DNA of 64,000 nt from Octopus sinensis (Eukaryota). Position numbers and translations under genes: made by a program. The stretch's first letter is position 1; each line of letters starts with the position of its first letter. Below the pieces are notes generated by a model. It was not told the origin of the DNA. It saw only the letters and a list, made by a program, of their open reading frames with translations, and searched no databases. Location: positions 132,494,001-132,558,000 of the forward strand of contig NC_042998.1 of the NCBI RefSeq assembly GCF_006345805.1, given 5' to 3'. Shown piece by piece: positions 38,702 through 51,075 of the stretch.

Positions 38702-39111
38702 GTGACATTTATGGACTTCACAATATCATTGGGTTTTGATTTGTTTTAGGGTCCATTTTGTCGTTTTATGATCTTTCCACCATTTAAAGTTATAGATAAA
38801 CAGTTCTAAAAAAAAAAAAAAAAACCCAATTATTTGTGACAACTTTTAAGAGTACCATATTCTTACTATTCATCAATTCCTCTCTGGTGATTGCTTTCTT
38901 TTCAGACACAATATAACAATAATTTTATTTAAGAAAAATATATACAACAAAAAGATCATGTAACTAGTTTATCAGAGCAAAGCCTGTTCTCCTGGCATGG
39001 TGGGTCCATCTCATAAACTTTTGAGTGTTAATTACAACAATAATGAGTTTGCTTTCATGCAGTATGTCTTTAAAAAAAAAAATGAATTTTGCAGAATTTG
39101 TTCCTCCCCAG

Positions 39112-39470
39112 GCATGGCTGTGTGGTAAGACACTTGCTCCCCAACTACACGGTCTGGGTTCAGTCCCACTGTATGACACTCTGGGAAAATGTTTTGTGCT
39201 ATAGCCTTGGGCCAACCAAACCATTGTGAGTGGATTTGGTAGATGGAAACTGAAAGAAGCCTCTCATATATATGTATATGTTTATATATCTATATATGTG
39301 TGTCTGTGTCTTTTTCCCTCACCATCGCTTGACAACTGGTGTTGATGTGTTTGCGTCCCCATATCTTTGTGGTTTGGCAAAGGTGACCAATAGAATGAGT
39401 ACCAAGCTTAAAGATAAGTACTGCAGTTGGACCCAGCATGGCTGCTGTCTAATGACTGAAACAAGATACT
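39112..39470 (+). mobile_element. Family B SINE, near full length
   Basis: ggcatggctgtgtggtaagacacttgctccccaactacacggtctgggttcagtcccactg...gaaactgaaagaagcc...cccagcatggctgc. Confidence 0.85.
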
Positions 39471-40679
39471 TTTCTCATATGTATAGTTTCGTCTCAACTT
39501 TGTAAGCTCTGCCAGTTGTATAGTCCTTTTGAGCTGTCATACTTCTGTTACAGTTTTGTGGATTCGGCTGCATTGTTTAGGTTAGATCCCAGAGTCACCA
39601 AAGGACTCACTGCAGCATTGGTGATTCAATTGAAATCGCTGACATTATGACCAGGAGGTGGGAGGTTGGGCACTTTGATTGACTCATTCAGCTGTGATCC
39701 TCTTAAAGCTGAAAAAAAAAAAAAATTCTCTCTTCAAGTATAAACAATTCCACTTGAAACTGCAACTACGAAGAACTCTGCTTAGAGTTTCAAAAATAAT
39801 CTGACATCTATATGTTATTCTACACTGCAAATATAATTACAAGGAATGGATTGTCTGCTGACACATCAAACTAATTATACTTGACCTTTATTGTTTCATT
39901 GATCTCTTTCATTATTTCTTCAGATTTTCCAAAATATCTTGTTTTGACCAATTAAACATAATTATTCGTACTGCTCTTTGACTGATCCCCCACTCACCCT
40001 CATTAATGTGTGTGTTTGTGTAGTAATGCTTATTTTTGTGTGAAAGTATATAAAGACAGCCAAACATTAATTGAAAACTTTCTCAGTTCCTTTTTTAAGT
40101 AGATTTTATTTTCACATGAATAAGGTTGATAGTGACTTCAAAGTTTCAGCTTATGTTGGTTAATCTTTCTGTCATTAAATTTCTGTTTGTTGCAGTTAGT
40201 TTCAGAAATAATAAAGAATTTAGTTAAAATAACTTTGTCACTGTTAACTCGGTGTCTGGAGCACAAATTAACTTGGAATTATGGTGAATGGTTTTAATTT
40301 TGATCACTGTAAAACAAGAACTTGTGTCCTCAGGCAGGTTGGTAAGCCACTGTGAATCTTTCCTCTGTGTGTGTGTCACCACATTCATCATCATCATCAT
40401 CATCATCATCATTTAATATCCATTTTCCATGCTATACCTACATATGTGTATTTGTGGATTGGTGGGGTTATGGTATTGTGCTAAAAACCTTTAATATTCT
40501 AAGCTGAAAAATGCTGCAGGCGTCTGAATGTGTTTCTGTGCAGCAGATTCTACATAATTCTATAAATTGTTTCAGTTTCTCTCACTGTTTTTAGCAATAA
40601 GTACCAACTACCTGATCAATCAAGGAGCTTTAGCTGCAATAGTTGTCCTATCCAGTGATATATTTAGCTAACTGCTTAA

Positions 40680-40897
40680 CCCTTTTGTTACCAACCCGGC
40701 TGAAACCGGCTCTGGCTCTGAGTACAAATGTCTTGTTTTCATGAGTTTTGAATTAAAATCTTCCACCAAACCTTAGTCACAGTTTATGTTCCTAACACTA
40801 GCTTAATGATAACTAAGTTATTTTACTAAATTCTTTGTTATATTTGAAGTAATTGAAAGAAACAAAGCATTTCAAAATAAATACAGTAACGAAAGGG
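40680..40897. mobile_element. piggyBac-like MITE, second family (218 bp)
   Basis: TTAA|cccttttgttac...gtaacgaaaggg|TTGA; homologous copy at 50845-51075. Confidence 0.85.
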
Positions 40898-42339
40898 TTG
40901 AATCCATAAAACTGAAGCTGAATTTAATATTCCTTTCAGTTTTTGTAAGTATGCCGTGTGCACCAAAATCTTAATATATGAAATTTTCCTGTGACAAAGC
41001 TATGTGTCATACTGAATGTGTAATAACTATAACTTATTAATTGCTTCATCATATGAGTAGCCCTTTCTGTGAATATGAATTCTTTTGTATACTGGTTGCA
41101 AAACATGCACAGCTTAGTGGGGGGAACAATGCTAAGCCCCTCTAAAAAGCCCATTGGGACTCAGGGGGAATTCTATTGTTTCCATATATCACTTCTGGGT
41201 TCACATCTTCTGGTTTTGTCTGGTATTGCTTTGTCTTCCATTTTATCCCCCCCCCCAAGCTCTCTGCAACAGTGTAAGGGTAGCAACGGCGGTGGTGGTG
41301 GTGATGTAATGAAATAAAGCCAAAACCACATTGCAGGAGTCTGGACATGTTTTATATCAGCCGCTATTTTGTCTGTCTTTCTCAACCAAAGTAAGAAAAG
41401 ATTATTAATATCATTCATTAGTTTGATGCCTTGATATAGTCAACTGTTTTCCTCCCTGTCCCTTTCAAAAAACAAAAAATAATTTTTAAAATGGCTGGCT
41501 TCAGTCCTTGTTTCTATCTAAGAAATTAATATTTTCATTTGCTACTGAGCTAGATGGATATATTTTTCAAGTTGCTCTTCAAAACACTCCCTTCTTTCTC
41601 CCTTGTGCCTCTGCATTGAATAATATTTTAAAATAAATTTATCGACATATTTACATATAAAAAAAAACTTTCAGAATTTACAAGTTTGCCTTTATAGGGT
41701 TCAGACAATAGAAGTTTATTCGTATTTGAAGTATTTTTGTTTCTTTGTCTATGCAAATGGGTAAAACGGTTCCACCCAACCATTGTTGAATGTTTGTAAT
41801 TTTTTTTTCCTTTTCACAACCAAATTTAGAAAATTTTCAATTGTAAGATATGTTTTAACAGAAGGAGAAAAACAAGACATAAATGAAATTTCCATGAATA
41901 ATTGTTTCAAATTTTGGTACAAGGCTAGAAATTTTAGGGGAGGGTGATAGTGTATAACAGTGGTCATAATGCTTAGCTGGAAACTTATTTTATCAACCCC
42001 AAACGATGAAAAGCAAAGTCGACTACAGCCAAATTTGAGCTCAAGACTTCCATGAATAATACTACTACTACTACTACCAATATGAACATTTCTAGTGCTT
42101 TCTTTGGTAACAACAACAACAACTGTGACACTCACAGGTAGATACACCAGCACTTGCTGAGCAAGAAACACACAAATGGAAGAAATTTTGGCAAAATTAC
42201 TTCAAACGCTGTAACTTTATAGACAAAACTGTCTGAAACTGATTTGTGGCAATATTGTGTTATAAGGGACTTTATTTCCTTGCTTGAAAATGTATTGAAA
42301 TGTAGAAACAGAGTAAACTGACTCAAATTTGCCTCACAA

Positions 42340-42620
42340 AAGGAGAACTGCTAAGTTACAGGGATCTAAACACACCAACATTAGTTGTCAAGTGAGGGGG
42401 GGGGGTCAAACACAGGCACACAAATACACACACACATATACGACGGGCTTCTTTCAGTTCCTATCTACCAAATCCACGCTTAAAGCTTTGATCAGCCCTA
42501 AGCTATAGCAGAAGACACTTGATCAGCCCTAAGCTATAGCAGAAGACACGTGCCGCACAGTGGGACTGAACCTGGAGCCGTGTAGTTGGGAAGCAAGCTT
42601 CTTACCACACAACCACACAT
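42340..42620 (-). mobile_element. Family B SINE with an internal 31-bp tandem duplication
   Basis: gacgggcttctttcagttcctatctaccaaatccac...cagtgggactgaacctgg; duplication at 42488-42549. Confidence 0.85.
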
Positions 42621-43298
42621 GTGCCTGTTTATTCACATTGTTTTGAATTAATCATGCATCATGTTGTAACTGTGAGAGATTCTATGAGGTAACTGTAAAT
42701 CTTTAGAATGATTAATGTAAGATTGTCCACATAAAAGAGTGTCCAAATAAAATTGGATCTCTTCTTGTCAGGTGTCCCAGATGAACCAACTTCATGGCAG
42801 GAGGTGCAGATGAGGGCAACTGCATCGAACTCTCTCATGCACCAAATGGCAATTGCTAAAAAGCATTCGTGAAGTAAAATCATGTAGCAACACCAAATGG
42901 CGGTGCCCCAGCATGGCCACAGCTCGTGAGCTGAAACTAGATAAAGAAAGAAAGAAAGAAAGAAAGAATGCACCAGATAAGAGAAGCTCTGACAAATATT
43001 TGGAATAGCACTTTGTATGTAGAGAAGAGCAAATTTTAATATATCATCTGAGTGACCTTTAACCCTTTGGCATTCAAACCGGCCATATCCGGTCAAAATA
43101 TGTTTTATGTTCAAAATGGTCAGATCTGGCCTCTCACACCAATCTTACATCACACCAATGTCTCTAATTCCCTTTGCATATATTCTTGTAAAATAAATGG
43201 ACCCTTGTAGCAAATAAAAACCTACTATTAGTATTATTGCTACAGTAATGATTAGTCTGCTTCTGCTAATGGAATTTTCTTCTCTGCATCTACTTCAG

Positions 43299-43307
43299 TG
43301 GTATTTT
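43299..43307 (+). CDS. Candidate 9-nt microexon
   Basis: ctgctaat (branch) ggaattttcttctctgcatctacttCAG|tggtatttt|GTAAGT; frame-preserving, no stop in any phase (WYF, xVF or xGI). Confidence 0.4.
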
Positions 43308-45554
43308 GTAAGTTTCTTATTGGTATCGGTTTTACCTGCCATCTTTCAGGGCATTTGATTCTAAGTTGTTCATGAACACCAGTAATTATCTAGGGTGACT
43401 GTGTTTATCAAATTACTCTCTTTTGTCTGCAAGGATAAAAAGATTATTATGCACTGGCAGCGGTGGATACTGCTGCTGCTGTTACTACTACTACTACTAG
43501 CAGCAGCAGGATCAGGTATTAGTGGTTATGGAATACAGTGAAATTCTAAACATATAACTTTTCACATCCGTTTCTGTGTAATGGATCAGTCTTGAAGCTT
43601 GCCTTTCTTCTCTGTAGAATTATTCTTGTTAGACAGAAAGATTTGAATGGAACGCTGTTCTCTTTTGCACATACACACACACACACATACATTTTCTTGT
43701 ATTTGTGTTGGTGGTAGTTGTGTGTGTGTGTGTGTGTGTGTGAAAAAAGTGTTGTTTGATCCAGCTTCTTTGAACTTACCTTCTGTTCTGCCGATTCCAT
43801 TCCTTTTGGAACTTGTTCTTTGAACGTGTGCAAACCACCTCAACCATTCCTTTGTTGTATTTAACTATTTGTTGTTGTTTATTGTTTTTCTCTTTCTCTT
43901 TTCTGTAATGTCTTTTATTATCAAAGACTTCTCTGATCTTGCACCATTCCTGTCATAGCAGGTCATTTCTCTGTTACTTTAAAGAAAGAAAGAAATCTAA
44001 AAAAAAAGCCTTTAGAACATGTTCTGGTTTTGCTTTTATTTTCTTTCTTTATTTTGCCACTTTTTTTGGTGGGGTGGGGTTGAGCTAAAGTGGTGCTGGT
44101 GGGCAGTAAAAAGAGCAGAGGTACTGGTCTTTGAAATGAGGTGAAAATTTCCCTGTCTAGTGTAGTTCTTTTATTACTAACTCAGATAGATGCAAATGGT
44201 AGCAAAAGATTTATTTAATAACATCCAAATCTTGCTTTCTGGAATTTTACAACAGTAGGCCACTAAAATTGTTTTCTTGTTGAATTCTTTATTTAGCATG
44301 TTCCTTTTCCAAGTTTTTATCATCTGTGTGCAGAAATCTGTTACGATGTGCAACTTTTCCCCAGTGATTAAAGTACTAAATATATGATGGCCGAATTCTT
44401 CAGAAGTACAAGCAGGCCTGAAAGAATTTAGTCTAATTTGGGCGTTTATCTTAGAGCTTTTAAATAAAATTGGTTTAGCACTGTGAAACAGCAAAAATGT
44501 GGGTGGATAGGCATGGAAATAAATATACAGCTAATGCAGAGCCAGATTTGTCTCGTGTGTTTTTGTGATCCCGTGGGTTATGCACTTGGTTTGAATAAAT
44601 GTATTTTTAGTTAGACAAATCCTGTAGTTTTTCTACACTTTAGTCCTTTAGCATTTGGATTATTTTGTCAAGTGTAATGCTTATTTATTCAGAAAGGATC
44701 TACAAATGCTGGGACTCACTGAAGGGGTGACAAGGGATTGTGACTCCTGGCAGTTTGCTATGCTTGAAAAGGCAAATCTAGCTAAGTAAAAGTGTGGTTA
44801 CTCTTGTGTCCGGACTCATCCCTTGTCACCCTTGCAACCCTCTTCAGCTCTGTGCATCCCTAATCTTGTGGGCTTGTAAGTGCTGGTGCCGTGTAAAAAG
44901 CATTCATACAGGTGCCACGTAAAAGCATCCATTACACTCTGTAAAGTGGTTTGTGTTCGGAAGGGCATCCAGCTGTAGAAGCGATTCCAAAACAGGCATG
45001 AAGCTTAAATAGCCCTTGTGTTCGGAAGGGCATCCAGCTGTAGAAGTGATTCCAAAACAGACATGAAGCTTAAATAGCCCTTCAACTGGTCGGTTTCTGT
45101 CAAACCGTCCAACCAATAACAGCATAGAAAACGGACATTAAATGATAATGCTTATTGTGTGTGCAGTTTAATTTCCATTGTAGATCAGTTGCATTAGATA
45201 TGTGCATATGCATGCACTCGCATTAATGGGAAATGGTAATTCATTAGCTCATGGGCCACTTTGATCATTTATTCTGATCAAGCCAATTCATTTCACTTCT
45301 GATATCTAATGTCCTTGATTAAGGGTGTCTGGGTATCTTAGTCATTCAAATAATTATAATTTACTCTTTGTCACACACCCACACAATGGTTTTATTGTTG
45401 TGAGACCAAGATTTTCTACTCTTGAAGAATTTCAGTATTAGTCTAGAATCAGTGTGTTGATAACCCAGAATTCAAGTTGAGTGCTTCTCTGGAAATACCC
45501 TACCAGGACCTAAGCTATATATGTGTGTGTGTGTGTGTGGTGTGTGTGTGGATG

Positions 45555-45591
<37 letters not shown>

Positions 45592-46065
45592 CAACACACA
45601 CACACCTGACCTATAGGGATTATTATTTTTTTTGCTTTTATACTTATCTGATTTTGGTTGAAAAGAATTAACTAAAATGCCAAATATAGTCCAAGACATG
45701 GTTGAAATTCCCCATTTAGAACTTATTTGTATCATTTCACTCAAACTACTAATGCTGGTGCTTCAAGAGTTGTAGCAAACACATAATTTCTTTCCCTCCC
45801 ACCACCACCACACACACACACGCTTTGAATGCTTTTCTTGTGGCCTTGAATTGCAAATCCCAAAAATTAATCTTAATTATTTATCTGAGTTGTTTGCAAT
45901 GATGTGATGACTCTGCACTATGAGTGAAATGTTCAAGTGTCAGAGGGGTATTAGATTAAGAGATCAGAAGATTTTGAGTTTAAATCTACTGCAAGTGTTT
46001 CACAAGTGTATTTGGGCAGTGCAGAACACTTAATCCTATACATCTTAGGTCACCTAGCTGCAGGT

Positions 46066-46320
46066 GGAGGTGCATGTGGCTTAGTGGTTAGGGCATTGGA
46101 CTCTTGATCGTAAAATTGTGGTTTCAATTCCTGGACCGGGCAATGTGTTGTGTTCTCAATCAGAGCACTTCATTTTATGTTGCTCCAGTCTACTAAGCTG
46201 GTAAAAATGAGTAACCCTGTGACTGACCAGCGTCTCATCCAGGAAGTGGGGATATGTACGCCATGGTTACCAGGGAACAGGCCTTTATGAGTCAGCATGA
46301 CTCAAGAAGGTAACTTAACG
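46066..46320 (+). mobile_element. tRNA-derived SINE family D; inverted copy at about 46640-46800
   Basis: ggaggtgcatgtggcttagtggttagggcattggactc...gtttcaattcctgg (A/B boxes); - copy ...ccttaaccactaaaccacgtggctcc. Confidence 0.75.
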
Positions 46321-47383
46321 GTTTTTTTTTTGCCTAGTTCTGTTTAGTTGGTATTTGGGGACAAAGCATCATAGTACCCTGGTGACATTCTATCATGTTG
46401 TTGGTTGCAATTATAATTAAGAATGCCTGCTTGATCAGAGGACTACTACAGGTTTTTTTTTTTCTTTTCTATTTTCACCACCCACAAATGGTCAGGTACT
46501 AAAGCAAACATGATACAGTATTGCCATAAGATCATTCCTCTTCTCAAAACGGCTCTCGTGTCCTTCCTGAGATGTAGACTTATAAGGCCACTTATCCATA
46601 TTCTGGGGTATATATATTTTTCCGCTGGTTGGGACACTTGTCTGTTGCAGTATTACTCACTGTTGCCAGCTGAATGGACTGGAGCAACACGAAATGAAGC
46701 GTTTTGCTCAAGAACACAATGCATTGCTTTCTCCAGGAATTGAAAGCACAATCTTATGATGATGAGTGCAACACCTTAACCACTAAACCACGTGGCTCCA
46801 CAGTCACCACTGTAGTAAATCTTACATATCTTTGAAATTTGTTATAATACTAAAAATAGTGTGGGCCAGCTGGATTACTGTAATCTCATTAGTTCTGGTT
46901 CCATTTACAGTATATTCATTTCAATCACTGAAGGTGTAAAGAATGATGTGTTTTGTTTGTTTTGTTTTTTGTAATCATCATCATCATTGTCATTGCTAAT
47001 ATGGGTTGGACAGGACTGCTCTACAACATGTTGCTGTCTGTCATTATGTGATCTGACCTTACAACAGTTCACTGTATCCTGCTCAACCTTCCTCTTCTTA
47101 AGGTATCTTCCATTGATGGCACACAACTCATTTTTACACTCAACATTCCTCCTCCACCTACGTCTTTGTACATCCACACCAACACAATCATCTCCCCACC
47201 ACACACACACACCAACGCACACTGACTATTGCCTTTAATGCTTAATCACTCTTACCGGCTTTATTGTGCTCTGCTTTTCATACATGTTAACATTACATAT
47301 TCAACCATGTCTTTCCCATGCCACATAATTCTTCTTATAAGTCTTAATATTTGGCTTTCTATATATATGTATATATTTTTCTT

Positions 47384-47680
47384 CTGCCTTCGCTAAGGCG
47401 GAGGTATTGTTTTCAGTTGTGCTTGTTCGTTTGTCTGTGGTCAAGATATCTCAAGAACCATTTGATGGATTTGCATGAAACTTTCAGGGATGTTTGACCT
47501 GATGAAATTTTTGGTATTGGACAAGGATTCTGGATATGAGAGCAATCAGGTTCATTCTTAGTACTCTCATTTGTGAGAGCAGTCGAGTTTGTTTCAGATA
47601 TTCTCATTTTAAAAATCATCTCTTGCTAATCGTTGGTGCTACCTTGGCAGAGGTTTGCACTCTCTGAGTGCTCTTGTTTT
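47384..47680 (+). mobile_element. Non-autonomous Helentron/DINE-1-like element; second copy at 48971-49335
   Basis: 5' hairpin gcctccgcttagcgaaggtggagg, gtttgtttgtctgtccgt microsatellite and 3' ggtagaggtttgcactctctgagtgctc shared by both copies; the superfamily assignment is inference. Confidence 0.6.
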
Positions 47681-47849
47681 TGATGTTATTGTTAGAATAA
47701 TATTTTTTTAACTGTTCATTCACTTTTTTGTTTTTTAATCACTTCTAGGTTCTAAATTAAGTTTCCAACAATCTAATTAGTTTCCAGGAGCCATAATTTC
47801 CTATCATTTGACATTTTTTAATTCATTATGTCATATAGTTGACGACCAG

Positions 47850-49333
47850 TCCAGAGTCGTTAGTATGTCAGGTAAAATGCTAAGCAGCCTTCTGCCCATT
47901 TTTACATTCTGATTTCAAATTTCATTGAGCTCAACTTTTCCTTTCATTCTATCGGGGTTGATAAACTAAGTACCAGTTGAGTACAGCGTCAATGAAATTG
48001 ATTGGTTCCCTCCCACCAAATTTCAGGCCTAGTGCCTGTAGTAGAAAGGATTATAACATTATTTTTATGTCTGTTTTCTATGTTAGTATGAGTTAGATGA
48101 GTTTTCTATTGCATGCTAACCTTTTCAGTCACCTCTTCCAATATGCAGAGACACACTTGTATTTAATCTCTAAACCCAAGATACACACAGTGCTCATTCT
48201 GGGTTGAAGGTGTTTTTTTTATATATATTTTGAAATAAAAAAAAAAAAGACTGTAAATATTTTTACTGGTCAGTATTCTTTTTACTGGTAACTTACTCAA
48301 TAGCAAATCAATTATGGAATCTATATTGTCAGTCAAATAAATTGAAGCAATAAATATTGTGGGTCTTGTAAACCAAAATTTTAATTTCATAGCCACGAAG
48401 CCAATGTGAATACACATACACATATGCCATTAATCAAAAGAAAAGTACTGCTTCTTAAATATTGTTTTATATCCAAAAACAACCCTGACCTGCCAGAAGA
48501 TAGACGTTCATAGAATACATGGAGGTATATGCAAAGAAGAAAATGGTAAGGTAATAGAATAAGCCTATAAAATTGTTACCTCTGCCCAAGTTCATCTCTG
48601 GTTTAATGTACCTTAAGTCTGAAGTGTTCTGCTTTGAATCATCTTATCCTTCGAAGAGATGACATTCTTTCATTCAAGTGAACGGATTTCAGTAACAGAT
48701 TATTGGTAATCAGGAATATCCATACATATCAATCATATTTAGATGAAAGTTTCTTTGTTGATTATCATCATCACCATTGTTGTTTATTATTAAGGCAGTG
48801 AACTGGTAAAATCATTACCATGCTGGGCAAAATGCTCAGCAGCATTTGGTCTGTCTCTACATTTTAAGTGCAAATTCTGCTGTGGTCATTTTTGATTTTC
48901 ATCCATTCAGGGTCAGTAAAATAAGTACCAGAATTACTGGCCTTGTGCCAAGATTTGAAATCATTATTATTGCCTCCGCTTAGCGAAGGTGGAGGTATTG
49001 TTTTCGGTTTTGTTTGATTGTTTGTTTGTCTGTCCGTGGACAAGATATCTCAAGAATTGCTGGATGGATTTAGATGAAACTTTCAGGGATGTTTGGCCAT
49101 GTGACTGGCTCAAACTGATTGGATTTTGGGATCAATCCAGTACTGGACAAGGATTCTGGATTATTTTTCCTGTTTTTTTTTACTTAATTTTTGAGAGCAG
49201 TCTGGTTCATTTTTAGTATTCTCATTTGTGAGAGCAGTCGAGTTTATTTCAGATATTCTCATTTTAAAAATCATCTCTGGCTTCTTGTTGAGAGGACGTT
49301 GCCATGGTAGAGGTTTGCACTCTCTGAGTGCTC

Positions 49334-49385
<52 letters not shown>

Positions 49386-49575
49386 GCTGGCAGAATCGTT
49401 AGCACACCAGGCAAAATGCTTAGCAGCATTTTTTGTCTTTAGCTTTTGAGTTCAAATTCCACCGAGATTGACTTCAAGGTTGATAAAATAAGAACCAGTG
49501 GTGCACTTGTGTCAATATATTCAACTTACCCCCTCCCTTGAAGTTGCTGGCCTTGTGCCAAAATATGAAACCATT
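47850..49575 (+). mobile_element. Three dispersed family A SINE copies (47850-48060, 48790-48960, 49380-49575)
   Basis: aaatgcttagc...ttcaaatt...gataaa(c/a)taagtaccag...ggccttgtgcc... Confidence 0.75.
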
Positions 49576-50446
49576 ATTTCTATTTGTAACACTTTCATTA
49601 AGGTATTTCTATTGACATAAGCTGCTTTCGTTTTAAAATAATGAAGAATTTAGTAAAATGACTTTCTCAATATTAATCTGGTGTCTGGAACAAATTGACA
49701 CAAAATTTAGACTAGGTTATCATTTAGATCACTTTAAAATGGTAAGTTTGTGTCAGGGAACCAAGAGTGGTCTCAAACAGGTCAGTATCTAAAGGGTTAA
49801 AGTATTTCCCATGCAGTTCTGTTAATTTCTTCTCTAAAGAATGACTTTTTTTCCCTTCACTTCAGGATTCTCTTTCTTCTATTTCATGGAGACTTGTTCT
49901 ATTTTACAAAATCTTTGATTATTGATACTGACCAGCTAAGTGTTCAAACATCATAGAAAAAACATCTTTCATTCTAAGGGACATAGTTGAAATTGCTTTT
50001 GTAAATTTTAATTCTTGTTTTTTCCTAAAAAAAACATTATTTTTTAGTTTGTTTGTTGGTTATGCATGTGTGTTGGGTGGGGTCTCAAAAAATGTTAGGT
50101 TGACAGTTTTACTGGGTTTTATTATTTATTTATGGTGTGTGTGTGTGTGTTGTTTTTCTTTATTAATCCTCACATCTTCAATCTGCTTTCTTCAATGTTT
50201 ACCTAAAACCATGCAGACCTCTGATGTTTCCTCCACCTCTCCTATCATCTCCTGTGTAACAAAAATAATATTTAAAGAATTTGGTGAATGTTTTATTAAG
50301 TTTTAGAAATTTACTGTCGTCATGGGTGTGTCAAGGTTGGGTGCAGTCCTATATGCATGTATTACTGTGCACTGTGTGTAATAAATTAGACTTGTTCTAC
50401 TATGTATCGCAGAACTTTTGAGGTTACTAGTATGAAGCATATTCCA

Positions 50447-51075
50447 CCCTTTAGCATTCAGATAATTCTGTCAAATGTAAAGCTTATTCATTCACATTAT
50501 TTTGAATTAATCATGTATTATCTTGTAGCTTTGAGATTTCAAAGATGTGAATGTTTATTTTTACAGTAACATTGTAGGGTAGGTGAGAAATTCTGGATCT
50601 AGCCAGTTTGGACATAAAACAGGTAGAACATTTTGGTCAAATATGGCTAGTTTAAATGCTAAAGGGTTAAACTGACCATATTCAGCTTAATTATTCTTCT
50701 TATATGTTCAAACTGGCCAGATTCAGCTTCTGACACCAATCCTATAATGTCTTCTAAAAATAAAGAAATTAGATTATGCCAAACTAATTCTAAACAATGT
50801 GAATAAATAAGCATTACATTTGACAGAGTAATCTAAATTTTTAACCCTTTCAATAACAACCCAGCTGAAACCACCTCTGGCTCTGTAATACAAAAGTATT
50901 GTTTTTTTATAAGTTTTGAATTACAGTTTTCCACCAAACCTCGGTCACAATTTATGTTCCTAACATCAGCTTAATGATAACTGAGTTATTTTACTAAATT
51001 CTTTGATATATTTAAAATTAATCGAAAGAAACACAGAGCTTCTCAAAATAAATACGGTAACAAAAAGATTAAGGG
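50447..51075. mobile_element. Cluster of three TTAA-type MITEs (50447-50666; inverted 50670-50840; 50845-51075)
   Basis: ccctttagcatt...aatgctaaaggg|TTAA, then a reverse-complement copy, then TTAA|ccctttcaataac...aaggg|TTAA. Confidence 0.8.

Noticed and set aside
44177-44494. 105-aa - strand ORF
   Set aside because: No motif, AT-rich codon usage and no supporting splice or start context
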